64,000 bases of DNA from Tubulanus polymorphus (GCF_964204645.1 NC_134025.1:27942299-28006298); one strand, 5' to 3'. Shown: positions 27,334 through 42,570, counted from the first letter of the stretch. Notes: generated from the letters alone by a model not told the origin. Made by a program: numbers and translations.

Positions 27334-28033
27334 ATCGAGCCGAGTCTCGACAGAAATATTGACTAATTAAACTCTTTGTTTCATCGATGGATGATGTGGC
27401 GGAATTTCCTTCAACTCTAGGTCGAGTTTTCCGTTGCCTCCGCGATCAAATAATATGTACGTCGTGTATCGTTATATTATCAGTTCCACTTGTAAATTAT
27501 GTCACCATAGATCCATTGAAGTAAATACAACAATCAATTGGAGTGTGATAAAAGTACAGCCCCAACATTTGTGGTTTTGCAAGATAAGTTTGATATTCAA
27601 AAGGATATTTAATTGGATGTGCATTTATCATGTCAAACATTTTACTTGTATTTTGTAATAAATTTTTATGCATTAGATATTGAAGTGTCCTGACTTGTAT
27701 TTATCTATTCCTCTTTCCTCTGTTTCATTCTTCGAATGAACTAATTGTTGCTGGATTGTTTCTTATATTTATTCGTATGCCTGGTGGACTTGCTGATGTG
27801 AAGATTAAAAACAGGATCCCTACGACTCCTTAATTCCTTAAAAACGTATGCTATAAATGGTGCTTGAAACTTCCTTAATTTGAACGTAATTCATAATTAC
27901 TGATAATATTTCTTGTATTTGAACGAAGCGTAATAGAAAACAATTTTTTACACGTAAATTAAAGGATATAACATAGCTAAGCATAACCATATGCGGTATA
28001 TTATAAAGCGAAAGAAGAAATCTAATTGTACAT

Positions 28034-31000
28034 TTACATATTATCATATCCAACTACAAAGAAGGATGAAAAACACGATTTTTGAAGTGTAAATATTGAT
28101 ACATGTATCTCCTACTGCAGACAGCTACCGCGATACATGGTACATGCGTGAAATGGCCTATCTGATGAAAAGTAATCGAAATTGTAGGAGATGCAGTAAA
28201 TATTTCAGAGAAAAAGTTATTTTAAACACGCGCGTAGTGCCTCCTAGTAGCCTATACCAAGTTTCATACATCTGCCTTGAATTGTCATCTTAGGTCGTTC
28301 TGAAAAAGGGAAAATTACTTTGAAATACATGTAAAGCAGGAATAGACCTTAGGCAGTGTATTTCTAATTAACACACTTGAACATTTCCATTTTCTGATCT
28401 TCAACAATCGGCTGTATTACAATTACTCTCTTACAAATAAAGACAGTACAATATAGAATGGCTGGTATATAAGCTAATTCTTATGTGTATTTGCTAAGCT
28501 AATTTTTAATTCCCGTGCATTGCTAGGTAGGTTCATGGATGTATAAACTAGTTTATACATCCATGGTAGGTTTAAGCGCATTCAAAATGCAGATCAATTG
28601 CATAATGAATGAGAGAAGCTTGCTCTAATTGATTTGGTGATTAGTGAAATTAAGCAAAAAGTCCTTTCTATCATGTTGTAATATCAAGCTTGGCTGATTG
28701 CACAACCAGGAAACAGTGAAATTTTACAAATACCTATTCGATTGCCTGGAACCCTTACTACGTTTTAAACTCTCTAAACCTATCATACGAATTAAAATCA
28801 TCTTAAAAATCAATCTAGCAAAGGATGCAATTTCTTATACTAAAGAGGGAAAGAAAGCAACTAGATAAATACAATCAACTGCAGAATTTCAAATGACGTC
28901 AAAAGCTACAGTTTACGTAAAATCCAAATACCAAAGTAAATTGGCACTCGACTTGTTAATTGGGTCATGCTAACGAGTCAGTTAGCGAAATCAGGGAGCT
29001 ACAACTAACTCTGGTGAAATCACTTGCTCAAAATCATTTTAATAAGCAGTCTCATAAGGTTGCCTAATTCATCGACATTTCTAAAATTTGGCAGGATTTC
29101 TCAACTCAAAATGAACCTTAAATTCAACTTACGTGACGGTTTTTTCTCCTCATACCAATACTTGTAACCTTTCTTTGCTCGCTGATTATATTCAGTGTTG
29201 AGTCCATTGTGGTGCATCGGTCTTTGCCTTGGTAATCCATTCATAGTGTTATACATAGTTGGAGGCTCATAGAACACTTGTTGTCGTGAGTCAGGTCGTT
29301 TTGGTTGGGTGTGAAAACCCCAAGGTGGAAACTTATCAATATCCTCCGTTTTGACAGCACCTACAAGTGAGTGTCATCAGTGTTTTTTTGATTAAAGAAA
29401 AGAATTTCATGAAGTTAGAGATCGAATCCCATTCAACAAGTTAGGAAGTTTAGAAACTTACCATCTATAAACATGATCTGATTACCAAGGTTTCCGAGGC
29501 ACTGTTTCACATGTCTCCAGCTGCTTCCAACGCGGCCACAACGAATTCTACAGAAAATGAATACATATCCAATAGTCGTATGATATTCAGATACCGTAAC
29601 ACAACACAGTGATTTCTAATACTACATGTGAAATAGAAAATTAAAACCCACCCCTGCACATTAAAAATAAAATCTATTTTTCAAGAATTAAAATAATTTT
29701 CGCCTCTTCCTAAAGAGCACTGACAGGAGTGAAGAAATTTTTATTCCTTCACATTTGTATATAGTGGGTTATTGTAGCGTGTAGCTATTAAGCTATTAAT
29801 ACAATTACATTATACGCTTAATCTGGATTATTTGGTATGAATGAAATTGATACGGGTTTCAAAGAAATCTGTGAATAATATCTGGATTCGATCAACATCC
29901 AAAATATTTTCAAAAGGGACTTCTGAGCCCTAAATTGTGATGTTTGAGATGATCTATGCCCACGCTGCCCTATTTAAGACAGTCACCCAATTATGTTTTA
30001 GTCAACTTACTTCGGAGCTTCTACTTGTTTTCTGAACAACATTCTATTATCTGCAGAGTAACCATTCTGAGGAACTACGTACTGATAGTAATCATGTGGA
30101 ATGTTATTATATTTATTCACTGGTGAGCCTGATCTAACTGGTATTGGAGTAGTCATGTTGCCAGGATAGAACGCGGGTATTGGTTCTGGGTATGGATATT
30201 CTGTTTGCGTCTGCAATGAAAAAAATAATTACAATTTATAGGAATTACTATCTGTGAATTTCAAATGATGGCAGGGGCCTAATATTTCAAGGGGCTCTTG
30301 TATAATCGGTGCGACACATTAGCACCTTGGATTCTGCACTTGGTGGAGGCTAGGATGAGAATATCCCTACAGTTGTGCCTTAGATGTTAATTTTCAGTTG
30401 TTGAGGTTAGAACATGGGTTTACATTATAGAAGTGCCATTTAGGAAAATCATAAATGCAAAAATGAAATGTTGCTCTTAGAAATTTATGAAGTACCGGTA
30501 TGAGTAAAATAATAATATAGAATGGCGTCCACTAGAGTCCATGATCTAACTCATGACCTGATTCTTTAGCAGAACTCAATGTAGTTAGTTAGGTCCCAGC
30601 AACAAGCACTCAGTTAGGAATAGAATATAATAACTATGCATAGAAGCAGATATACAACCTCAGAACTCACGACTTTAAGCTTTTCCACCGGCACAAATTT
30701 GGGTTCTTCAGATTTTGGTGTCTCAGCTCTGGACATGGAAGTAACTGCCCTGTAACATAAACGAATAATTCCTTTTTTACACAGCTATTAAGCATTTCAT
30801 ATGCAGTAGTCAAACATTAGATCAAGTTCAGCGCACAAATGAAATATAATTTGTCATGGTTGAACATGTAACTTTTTAACCCCTGATAAAATGTCTCACC
30901 AGCAAGAAATAAAACAGTTGTACATAAAATGTAGTGAGCAGTTGATTAATAGAATACCAAGGTTTCATGCATATGTGATATTAAAACCAATAACACGACC

Positions 31001-32960
31001 ACTGAAGCAGTAACAAAATAATGCTTCAACTTATCATACATAATTCAATCGAAACAAATTTGATTCCGAGGTCTACGCAGTATAGAATAATACATTGCAA
31101 TTAGTAAGAAACTATAAAAGGTCATTAGTGTAGTCTCTAGTGCATGTAGGTGGATATGCTTATGAATCTAAAGAAGACTAGAAAGAACTGAAAAGATTTT
31201 TGACTAATTTTCAAAACTTACCGCTTAAAAATATCTCAATTATTATGTAGCAGTGACACTGACAATATATCCCTAGTTGTAAGGTAAGGGTCAGGTTATA
31301 TATCAATATAGTGTATCTTATGTTGTCAGTGACAACTAATTACTAGATCTGGCGTGATAAATAATTGAAAAACTGTCCTTTCCAGTGTGACAAACAGAAC
31401 ACTGCATTCACTATCAACATACTGGGCATAAACAATTCTCCTCTACTATCTCGAAAAGATGGACAATAGAAAAGACCAAAGAACTCAAAATCATATCCCC
31501 CCACAATAGAATACGTAATTTTCTTCTCTGGCCTTATGGTTATTCATTGCTCTTTAAATGCATTATTGCAACTGATAGGTATGTTCACTGTTTATGGCTT
31601 ATCAGGTGCGTTCAATCACAAAAATAATTTCATACAATTCACTAATATTATATATAAGGCTGCTTCAATCTATTCAATGATTATAAAAATCTTTAAGATT
31701 AGATTCAACACAATTTTATGTGTCAACTTAATGCATTTTCTGAAACTCTCTATGGGGGGGGGGGGAAATTTCGGTGCTAATCCTATTATCGCCACGTGAG
31801 GATTATAAGTGCGTTTGCAGGATGACGTAAATTAATGTAACTATATACACAAGGAAAAATGGGATTTAAAAGCGAGGTGAAAGCTGTGCGAAACTTACGA
31901 AGTGCTAGTATCAGAATCTACTAAACGAAGATACCTTCGTTGATTTTTCATTTTCCTGCGAGACGGACTTCGCGGACGGAGAATGATTTTTGGTCCAGGA
32001 TCATCCGGAGTCGGATACTTTTCTGGTTCTAAACAAAATTCCCACTTCGACCAATCTATATCAATACCAGGTGAAACAGGACGATGCAAATCACCACTGA
32101 GTCTGGAATGTCGACCCATTTTTATTCCGGGCGGCGAAGAAATAGCCCTTTCTGATATCTGCTTCAATGGTTTTTCGAGTTCAGCCAAATACTCCTTATA
32201 CGAAGTAGGAATCTTTCGTTGTGTGCTTACACAACCCTGTTCATCGTTATCAATGTCTGGTATGGTTATATCCAAATTCTCACGAGTTAACCCAAATTCA
32301 TCGGACCCTGAGAACTCCATGTTGAATAATGTGACAACTATTATCACTCGAATAAAGCTAGACTTCAATCGTTAATCTGACAATTCTCATTGCTGTGCGA
32401 AACTTGAGGCTTAACTACGAGCTGGCTATAATCAGTAAATATGAACCACCTGTTTTTTAACATATACACACATTTTCAATGGTTACCAAGACACTAAGTA
32501 CTAGACATAGGAATATGACAATATGTCCTTATCAATAACTGTCGGTGTTCCATATAAACGGTTTTACTTTCATGATCTCTTCATTGGAATGAAATGAAAA
32601 TAATCAGGACAGGTTTTGAAAGCGTATTAATGGACTAGAAATCAATACTTCGCACCAAAATAAATATAAATGGTTCATTATTAGGTTGAATGTATATCTT
32701 AATGAAATGGCTCATTACAATACATCAAATTATCAAACCTGACTTATTTTCATTCCAGTTTTATGATCTTTTTGATTTGCTCAATGAGCCTACGATTTTG
32801 TAGTCTAATATAAAGCTGATCAATGCTATAAAATAGTAGTCACACAAAAAAGTGTACTGAACTTGGAACTTTCCTACCTGGATGATGGCCGGCGTCCAGT
32901 CCTTGGCCTTTGACGTGCTTCAATTTCATATGAAGTTTTTGGTCTATAATAAGTAGGCAT
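28034..32960 (-). CDS. Uncharacterised Pro/Tyr-rich protein, possibly ciliary (exons ~32960-32878, 30749-~30658, 30210-30011, 29547-29462, 29360-29133, tentative last exon 28053-28034)
   Basis: In-frame spliced product MPTYYRPKTSYEIEARQRPRTGRRPSSRAVTSMSRAETP...YPYPEPIPAFYPG...IRCGRVGSSWRHVKQCLGNLGNQIMFIDGAVK...KGYKYWYEEKKPS. The 3' end is uncertain (alternative stop at 29101). Confidence 0.65.
28527..28572. mobile_element. Perfect 32-bp palindrome with 7-bp flanking direct repeat (transposon footprint or minimal MITE)
   Basis: GTAGGTT-CATGGATGTATAAACTAGTTTATACATCCATG-GTAGGTT read directly. Confidence 0.8.
31899..32320 (-). CDS. Probable alternative 5' coding exon of the 28034-32960 gene
   Basis: 140-codon ORF (MEFSGSDEFG...DSDTST) ending in a TC|GTAAGT donor. 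It is phase 2, compatible with the acceptor at 30749. Confidence 0.6.
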
Positions 32961-33077
32961 TTTTGCTTTTTTACTTAGGTCTGATTAAGTCCAGCTCACA
33001 CAGAAGCACTGCTGATATAAATTCTTTTATAACCGCCTGAAATACGAACAATCATGCATAACATATTAATTGACTCA

Positions 33078-33091
33078 GTTTCCCTGGAAAC
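33078..33091. promoter_or_regulatory. RFX X-box-like element
   Basis: GTTTCCCTGGAAAC is a near-palindromic X-box about 120 bp upstream of the ATG at 32960. TGACTCA is adjacent at 33071-33077. Confidence 0.6.
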
Positions 33092-33831
33092 ATGCATTTC
33101 TAAACTCATTTCAGCTTAATGGCCAAATAAAATTGAAATATAAAAATTTGACACCTACCTTCTGTACTTTAAAACAGTAACTAAATAGTGTTGTCCATGT
33201 AATATATGTACATACACATACATGTATATATCAATGAGTCTCCTCGCTTGACTTATTCTCTATTTTACACATACACTGTCTTAGTTATGGAGGTATGGTC
33301 ACTAGGCATTTCAAGAGTTTCTATATTACACTATTAACACCCGGTACAGGTCGGTTGATTCTTACTGATTCATCAATATTGCGGTGAAAGCGAAAAACTT
33401 CTGGACGGGTTAAACAAATGAAGTGCATTTAAAACAAAAATATGAACATTTGAAAATATTTGCATTTGAAAAAAATCAATATATTCTTCATCAACTATTT
33501 ATCCATATTTACTATATATACTGCAGAACAATCTAGAACTTAGTCCCAAATAACTAGCCACCACTAAGGTTTTTGTAATTATCTTTTTTAAAACCTATGC
33601 CTTCATAACCGCCTTGTGCAAGGTTATACAACAAAATCTGTTCATAAGGGTGATCCAAATGTTAGTCTAGATGTACATCGATAACCTCTAAAACTAACTG
33701 CTGGTAAACTAACTTGTGTGTCTTCTAAGAAGTGAAGTAAACCTTGTTAATGGTGTCCAATGTGTTAATCACCAACATCCTGTTTTCATGTGGTTATGAC
33801 CGAATGAAGAAATTTATATAAAAGCAATGTT

Positions 33832-34542
33832 ATGAGGAGGACTTTTAGTCTGTGCCTAGAAACGATTGAAGACATGTCGTGCTATCGCAAAAAACCGGTG
33901 AAAGTTGTACTGATGGGAGCAGCTGCAGTTGGTAAAACGTGTATCGTCCAGCGATTTATGTTCGATAAATTTCCAGAAGAACACAAACGGACGATCGAAG
34001 ACAATCACCAGTGCGAATTCAGCATCAACAATTCATTCAGATTAGACATTTTAGACACGACTGGAAGTTATCAGTTTCCGGCAATGAGAAAACTTGCGAT
34101 CACAAAGGGTGAAATATTCTTCATAGTATTTGCGATCAACGAGCTGTCAACATTTGAACAAGTTTCTGCATTACGGGAAGAAATCATCGGTATCAAGAGT
34201 GACGCTCACATCATAATAGTAGGAAATAAATTTGATCGAGTGGAATGGCAGTTGGATTTCTCTTTCTATGAAGAGACCGTACACGACTGGGGACATGAGT
34301 TAATCAAAACATCCGCTAAAAATAACGTCAATGTAACAGAACTGTTCCGAAAGTGTATACCATCCCACGTACAAAATGAACTCGTGTTGTACTGTCAGCT
34401 GCCTCCGTCTAAACGGTACAAGAGAAGAGAAACTGTTCCGATCGCGATGCTTATAGACGCAACAATCGAACTAAAAAAATCCAGGAATAGATTTCTGAAG
34501 AATCGACCAAAGTTACGTATGTGTACTACATGTATATCATGA
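33832..34542 (+). CDS. Intronless Ras-family small GTPase, DIRAS/RASD(Rhes)-like
   Basis: G1 GAAAVGKT, effector RTIED, G3 LDILDTTGSYQFPAMRKLAI, G4 VGNKFD, G5 TSAK, and a basic C-terminal extension. The start may be the second Met at 33874. Confidence 0.9.
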   Translation: MRRTFSLCLETIEDMSCYRKKPVKVVLMGAAAVGKTCIVQRFMFDKFPEEHKRTIEDNHQCEFSINNSFRLDILDTTGSYQFPAMRKLAITKGEIFFIVFAINELSTFEQVSALREEIIGIKSDAHIIIVGNKFDRVEWQLDFSFYEETVHDWGHELIKTSAKNNVNVTELFRKCIPSHVQNELVLYCQLPPSKRYKRRETVPIAMLIDATIELKKSRNRFLKNRPKLRMCTTCIS

Positions 34543-35266
34543 TATATTTTACGATGAATATTTGTGATGTGTTTGGAAATGTTACGTCAAATAAAGTGAA
34601 AAATTCAAAAAGAAAACACTTTTCTTTATTTGTACTTCTGTTGTTTCAATGAAAATGCAAACACCATTTGTAAAACCAGGAGACAATTTGATACTTTCAT
34701 AATGCATCTGGACCTTGTTACAATCGACTTCAGGTGACCAGAAAACATTTTTGTATAAAAAATATCCAGTATTTGGAATGAAATTCTAGGTTTGTTATAA
34801 ATTGTCATATTCGAGGTAGTTATTAAAGGTTCCGCTGTATTGTGCAATTCGTTAGGACCAAAGGCACAGTATCTACACAAATGGGATAAGGCCTCTAGAA
34901 ACTGATTGGATTTGCATCATAGGACAACCACTCTGTTGACAGCTACCCAAGATACAATCAACACAGCACCGCATAAGAAGATAGTCTAAACAATAATGCA
35001 TAATTTACAAATAATTTATTTTTCCTAGTAGTAGTAGGATCAGGAAAGAATAAATTCGAAAATTTCACAATATAATGTACACTCAACTTGAAGCAATCCT
35101 TCTTATCTTTGGTCCAAGTCCAACAAAGTTTGTCGAAAGGTATCGTGTCAAAGCGTGACAAGAGTTCTTAACACAGTTGAGAATGTTGTCTCAACAGAAA
35201 GAATGTCTCTATCCATTGTATTGAGAATAGATCCATCCGTCATACACAGAATAATCCTGCTTTACC

Positions 35267-37054
<1,788 letters not shown>

Positions 37055-37528
37055 TCAAAAAATTGCCTCGCAATACCGGAACTAGCGCTGTTGCGATAAT
37101 TCATGGACAAGAGTAAGTTACTAAGATTAAATCATTTTTATTGTGTAGTGATAAATTTTGTTTTAGAAATATAATTAAACACATTTATATCGTATAGAAT
37201 AAGATTTATTTTTATTATAAGAACAAATAACAGTTCAAAATATTTTTGTTGAAATTGATGAAACATCAGAATCGGACACTTCACTTCGCGTATTTGTACA
37301 AATATTATGCACTATACTTGAATAAACTATAGTTCATACCTAATTTATTACTAATGCATAGAATATTTGATACATTCAAACTTCTTATTTAAAAGAATTT
37401 AAAATAGAAATGAATGGTTTCCTTTTAACAAATCTAAATTTTCTTGCGGCTGTAGTTGATTTAGGTGTTGTTCGGCTTGTGGAGGTTTTATTGAAAAAAT
37501 CGTCCAATATTTTCGAATTCACGTCGCA

Positions 37529-40115
37529 ATGGCCCAAGTGCCAGTTAGACAAGCCATACATTTGCTGTGCGCAATTCTTAAAGAGAATGGAGCAACTGAA
37601 ATTTCTGCCGAAACATTTCGTCTTGCAAAGTTTAACCGAGATGAAGCGGTTAGTTGCTTTTCTCTTATTTCTCCTCACTTGCCGAAGCTGGCACCATCCA
37701 CAAGTTTAAATTTATCCATGGTTTTTAGGGTCTAACTGCAGTCTAGGCCACCTTTCCATTGTGTGGCGTTGGTTAGGTTCATGTACATAAACCATTAGAG
37801 ACACCTACGGGTACTGCAGTCGCTCCATTATTATGATTAGAAATCACTAAAAATAAATCAAACAAGATTTTCTGACATTCTACTTGTACCTGGTAACTGC
37901 TGGATGCAGGCTAGTTAGTTACTTAATTGTTGGTGGTAAGCTTTTATAACTGCACGGGCTTATACCTTGATCTATCTAAATATCTGATCGTGAAACTTAA
38001 CCACTGACGGTTAATATTGAAGACTACTACTATGCAGGCAGACTAGTCTAGTACCTAGCCGTTGTTCCTGAAACAACGGGTTGTAGGGAACCCGTTACAA
38101 CGACTGGTATTCAGACTACAGGCAGACTAACTCATGATTGCACTAGTCTAGTACCTAGCCGTCGTCCCCCAACAACGGGTTGTAGGGAACCCGTTACAAC
38201 GACTGGTATTCAGACTACAGGCAGACTAACTCATGATTGCACTAGTCTAGTACCTAGCCGTCGTACCCCAACAACGGGTTGTAGGGAACCCGTAACAACG
38301 ACTGGTATTCAGACTAGATTGGCACTTGTTGATATTAATGAATTGATGTTTTTTGTGTTGATATATTTTACAGACACGTCCTTTCTGGGTTCTTCTGTTT
38401 GAACTTCTTTACTTCGTTAAGTACAAAACAGTTGATGAAATTCCAGTGAAAGCGATCCAAGATTTATCACAAGGTATTGAAATTATGTTCTGTCTAATTG
38501 ATAATTATGAGACCTGTTTAGAATGCTCTCCATCTGAAATGTGCATTCGTTTCTTTTATTCAGAGGAAATAGTGGTATATGTGAAACGAGAAATAAACAG
38601 ATATGGATTTACGTGTCATGATTTTAACACGCTTCCCAATGACATGTCATCAGGTAGTCGGGATTTACTGTTGGCTCTAGGATGGTTGCTTTGTAAAGAG
38701 TCCATTATTGATCAGTTCATGCAAAGACGTGGCATTGATATTGGTGAAGATACAGCATTATTTCACTCTTTGGTAATTTCGTTGCCATTTAGCTTTCGAT
38801 TTGATATTCTCGTCTTTGACGTTAGTAGTGTATAATCATTTCCATTTTGAATACTTTTTAGGACAAGGAAGCTTCTTATAAATTAGCAAATAATAATAAT
38901 TGGAGCAATGATCCTTCTGAGAAAGTGAAATATTTGTTGTGGTTAAATGGTAAACTACATTCTAAGATGAAACAACTATATGCTCTTCAAATGGAGAAAA
39001 CAAAATACATTCATAAGGTTTGTATTGATTTGAACTTCTGAATGAAGAGAAATTGGCATTAGCAAAAATATTTTACAGTCATTTCTATTTTCTAGATTCA
39101 TGAATCGACACAAGGGGTCAGCACTACACCTGATAGGAGTCACTTATCCATGCTCGAAGTTTATCTCTTGCGCCATCCGGATGCACTGAAAAAGGTGCGC
39201 TACCCTACTCTCAAATTCGTTTTATTTACCAAAAATTCTGCTTGATTGATAATGTTGATTATTTGGCTTCATTTCAGATGTTGAAATTATTAGACGATGA
39301 CAATAAACGTTTGCAAAATTTACTGACTTGGAAACAAAACCATGAGTTATTCTGGAAATGGATGGTAAATATTATTACTTGCTCAGATATTTTAGAATGA
39401 ATACTGATAATTTTGGGCTAAAGATATTCTAATCATCTAAGCATTGGTGCATAATATTTTCTGAATATTACTTTTAGGAAAGTGTTCTAGATCTGAAAAT
39501 AAAAGAAACTGAAGTAGTCGATAAATCACGTTTATCAATCCCTGGTGATTGTGTAGATGAAATGAACGCTGCATATTCTCGGTTACAGCGATGTATCAGT
39601 CACTATGAAAACCAGCTCGAAGATCTTGAACGTTTAGTTTTTGAAAAGGTTTGTAAATCATGCTTTATATGTTTTTTTGCGAGCGAAAAAAAACAATTCC
39701 TCATTCATCTAAAACTGTTTTCTATTTTCAGTCGTCTAATATTTCGCAAGTTGATTTAGATGAACTTATTAAATCCATAGAATCTGAGATACTATTCCAA
39801 GAAACTGCACTGTCTCATAATAGATCTAATACAAAGATGACGTCTTCCTCGACCAGACCACGAGCATATCCCAAACTCGCTTTCTACGACCAGAAGAAAC
39901 CTGGAATGGCGAATGATTTTCAAAATGAAAAGGCAGCTCTCACTAACCTCGAATCTCAGGTCGATCTGTTAACTGGGAAAGTTGTAGACTTAGAGACTAT
40001 ACTGAATAAACGTCAGGATAATTTCAAAGAAGAGTTAGCAAAACTGAGCGATCAATTCCGTGAAACTATTGTCGTTCCTCCGCTGAGTAAAAAACCTTTG
40101 TACTATTCTACCTAA
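37529..40115 (+). CDS. TEDC1: Tubulin epsilon and delta complex protein 1 (C14orf80-like), about 8 exons
   Basis: AETFRLAKFNRDEA, FWVLLFELL, LPNDMSSGSRDLLLALGWLL, LLWLNGKL, KIHESTQG..HLSMLE, LLTWKQNHELFWKWMESVL match TEDC1 motifs in order. Confidence 0.88.
38044..38316. mobile_element. Three near-identical 74-75-bp MITE-like elements separated by a duplicated 25-bp spacer, in TEDC1 intron 1
   Basis: Copies at 38044-38118, 38144-38217 and 38243-38316, with imperfect TIRs TAGTCTAGTACC / GGTATTCAGACTA. CAGGCAGAC (9 bp) flanks both sides of copy 1. Confidence 0.88.
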
Positions 40116-42570
40116 TGATGAATCGTAGCGCTGGATAGACGATTTGAGAATTGACAGTTTTAGAATTGTTGTACTGGTGGTACATATACTTATTTTGTTA
40201 ATTGAACAAATTTGTGACTTGTTTGTGTCACGAAATGTAAATAAATTAATTTTACGGTGCATAAATGATACTGTATTAAACGATTGTAAATGCCTGTATA
40301 TATTACTATATTGTTTTATGAAGTATAGTTTTATGAGATTTTGTTACTTATTGGAAACCGTCCATTTTATTTCTATCCGTTGGTGGTATTCAGAGCAATT
40401 CTTATTAACATCTTATTATCACATACATTTAGCGAAATTCATTGAAATTGTGTGAATATTCAAGTTAATAAAGTTAGTATTCAGTGAAAACATTTTGATT
40501 TTGAATGCTATGGATTTTTGGGGCATTCTTCGTGGATTCTTTTCACACGCGACGTGGAGAAGACATAACGTATGTGTGTTGCAGATGTGAAAAGCTGGAA
40601 GTTCAGCTTTTTGCATATTTTTTTCCCCAGACGAAGTAAAAAATCTCTAATCAATGTTTATCGATCATCGCATTTACAGACTTCCACTCGATTTATCGTA
40701 ATGACGTCATCTGCCAATAAAACTTATCTTTCTGCAGCCACTTCAAGTCTTAACAACCACTATCGCCCTGATATGATATTTTGCTTTTGGTTTTATTACT
40801 CGCATTCAGTATCAGTTCAAACCAAAATTTATACGTCCACGGTATAACGCGGATCTAAACACACTAAGGAAGTGAAGAAATACTACCCCTCGAGTGGAAA
40901 AATTCATGGTTTCTATTTCATAGACACATAAGCTATGGACAGGTGTATTCATCTATTCGATTGCCGAGTACTTGACTCCTATCCGGTTTAATTTCACCAT
41001 TTAGTTTGAATAAAACGTTTATTGAGGTGGTACTCATTTTATCGTTTATCGCGTAATTCATTAGTAAAGCTATTTGACACGACCTCGCTGTAGGATAAAT
41101 TAAGACTCGGTAGGTGAGTGGATACCCAGTTTTCCCCTTCAAACGAAAACTAAAAGAACTCAATGGTTCTGTTTTTCGTTGTGACTGTCAAATAATTGCC
41201 GCAGATATTTTGTGCATCATGTTATCATTTATATGTGTACGGTATAATTATAAACTCTAAGATTGAATAAAGTTCGTGATAGCGATACAACCTGCGCTGT
41301 AGAACTAATCAATCTATTTACAGCGTATCTAGTTTATCCCCGTTTATCCTCGCGTCGACTGTTCCTTTTATTGGATGCTGGGGAACGGCTGCTGATGCTG
41401 CTTCTACCTCTACCTCTCAAAAGCTTCTTTCTGTATTTTACACTAAGGTCAGTTGTAGTGTGGTGTGTTTTTTTAAACTACGTAGATTGATCACCCAAAT
41501 CTAATTCATTTTTGTTTTGAAGGTTTCCAACGCAAAATCGGTCTACGTCGAAATCTGCAGTTTTTTCTTTCATTTTTCAATTCTTTTGGTATAATAGGTC
41601 TTAATAAATACGTATAACCAATCTCATAAAATCTGACTAGAAAAATCGACTTACACGTATGACGCACTGAAGTGTTTTCAGCGAAGAAATAACTCGGTAC
41701 CTGCGACACTTATCACTAATTCAAATAGATACAATAAGAATAAAACATTTTTTGGGGGTTTCACCGATGCTGATAAAATATGACATGAATTCATGAAATA
41801 TCAATCGAAACACTTCACAGTTCAGATGAATTTGCTTAATCATATTATCGGAATGAAGTTCAGGCAGTAAATCGAATAGATAAATATCACCTGTGAATCG
41901 AACCGCATACAATATGTAAAGGTCGGGATCTGAATGATAGATAATTACATCTTGTTTCAAGGCCTTCAACTTCCAGCAACAAGGTTATACTTATAATGCC
42001 ATTGATTATGAATATGTTTAATTTTACGATAACCCACAATCTATGAAAGTGCAGATAAGAATATTCATTAATGTGAACTGTCAAGTCACACACATGCAGG
42101 GTCATTCATTTGGATGAGACAATATTTACTTCAGTAAGGTCAGTAGTGCTTACAATCCGTAATGAAATACTCAATTAAAATCACGCAATCTTAGAAATCT
42201 TGTTACCGGTTTCGTATTAAGTTTTGATTCGCAGACCACTAAATGAAAAATCTGGATGAATCATGTTGCAATCTGGATCGAAATATACACATACATTTGA
42301 GCAATATGCAAAAATAAACCCAAGGCCTTAAGTTATAAGTAGGTAATCCACTGGTAATATGAGCATCAAAATTGTTTTTACATGGTAAATATGAGATGGT
42401 AGATGGTAGATGTCAGAATATGCTCTGTTTTAGTATGTCAGAGATTTCGTAGGTAGGTAACGAGTGATTACGCAGAAACCCTATTGTATATATACAATCG
42501 AAGGTTTGAGACAATAATTCATTAATATGTAATACATTTTTCTATTAATAAACGTAAGAAGAGCAATTTC

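Noticed and set aside
31248-31338. Imperfect inverted repeat CACTGACAATAT...ATGTTGTCAGTG
   Set aside because: Short and degenerate with no TSD. At most an old MITE remnant.
38044-38316. Repeat-spacer-repeat pattern resembling a CRISPR array
   Set aside because: Repeats are 74-75 bp, the two spacers are identical, the context is a eukaryotic intron and there are no cas genes. MITE insertion plus unequal crossover explains it.
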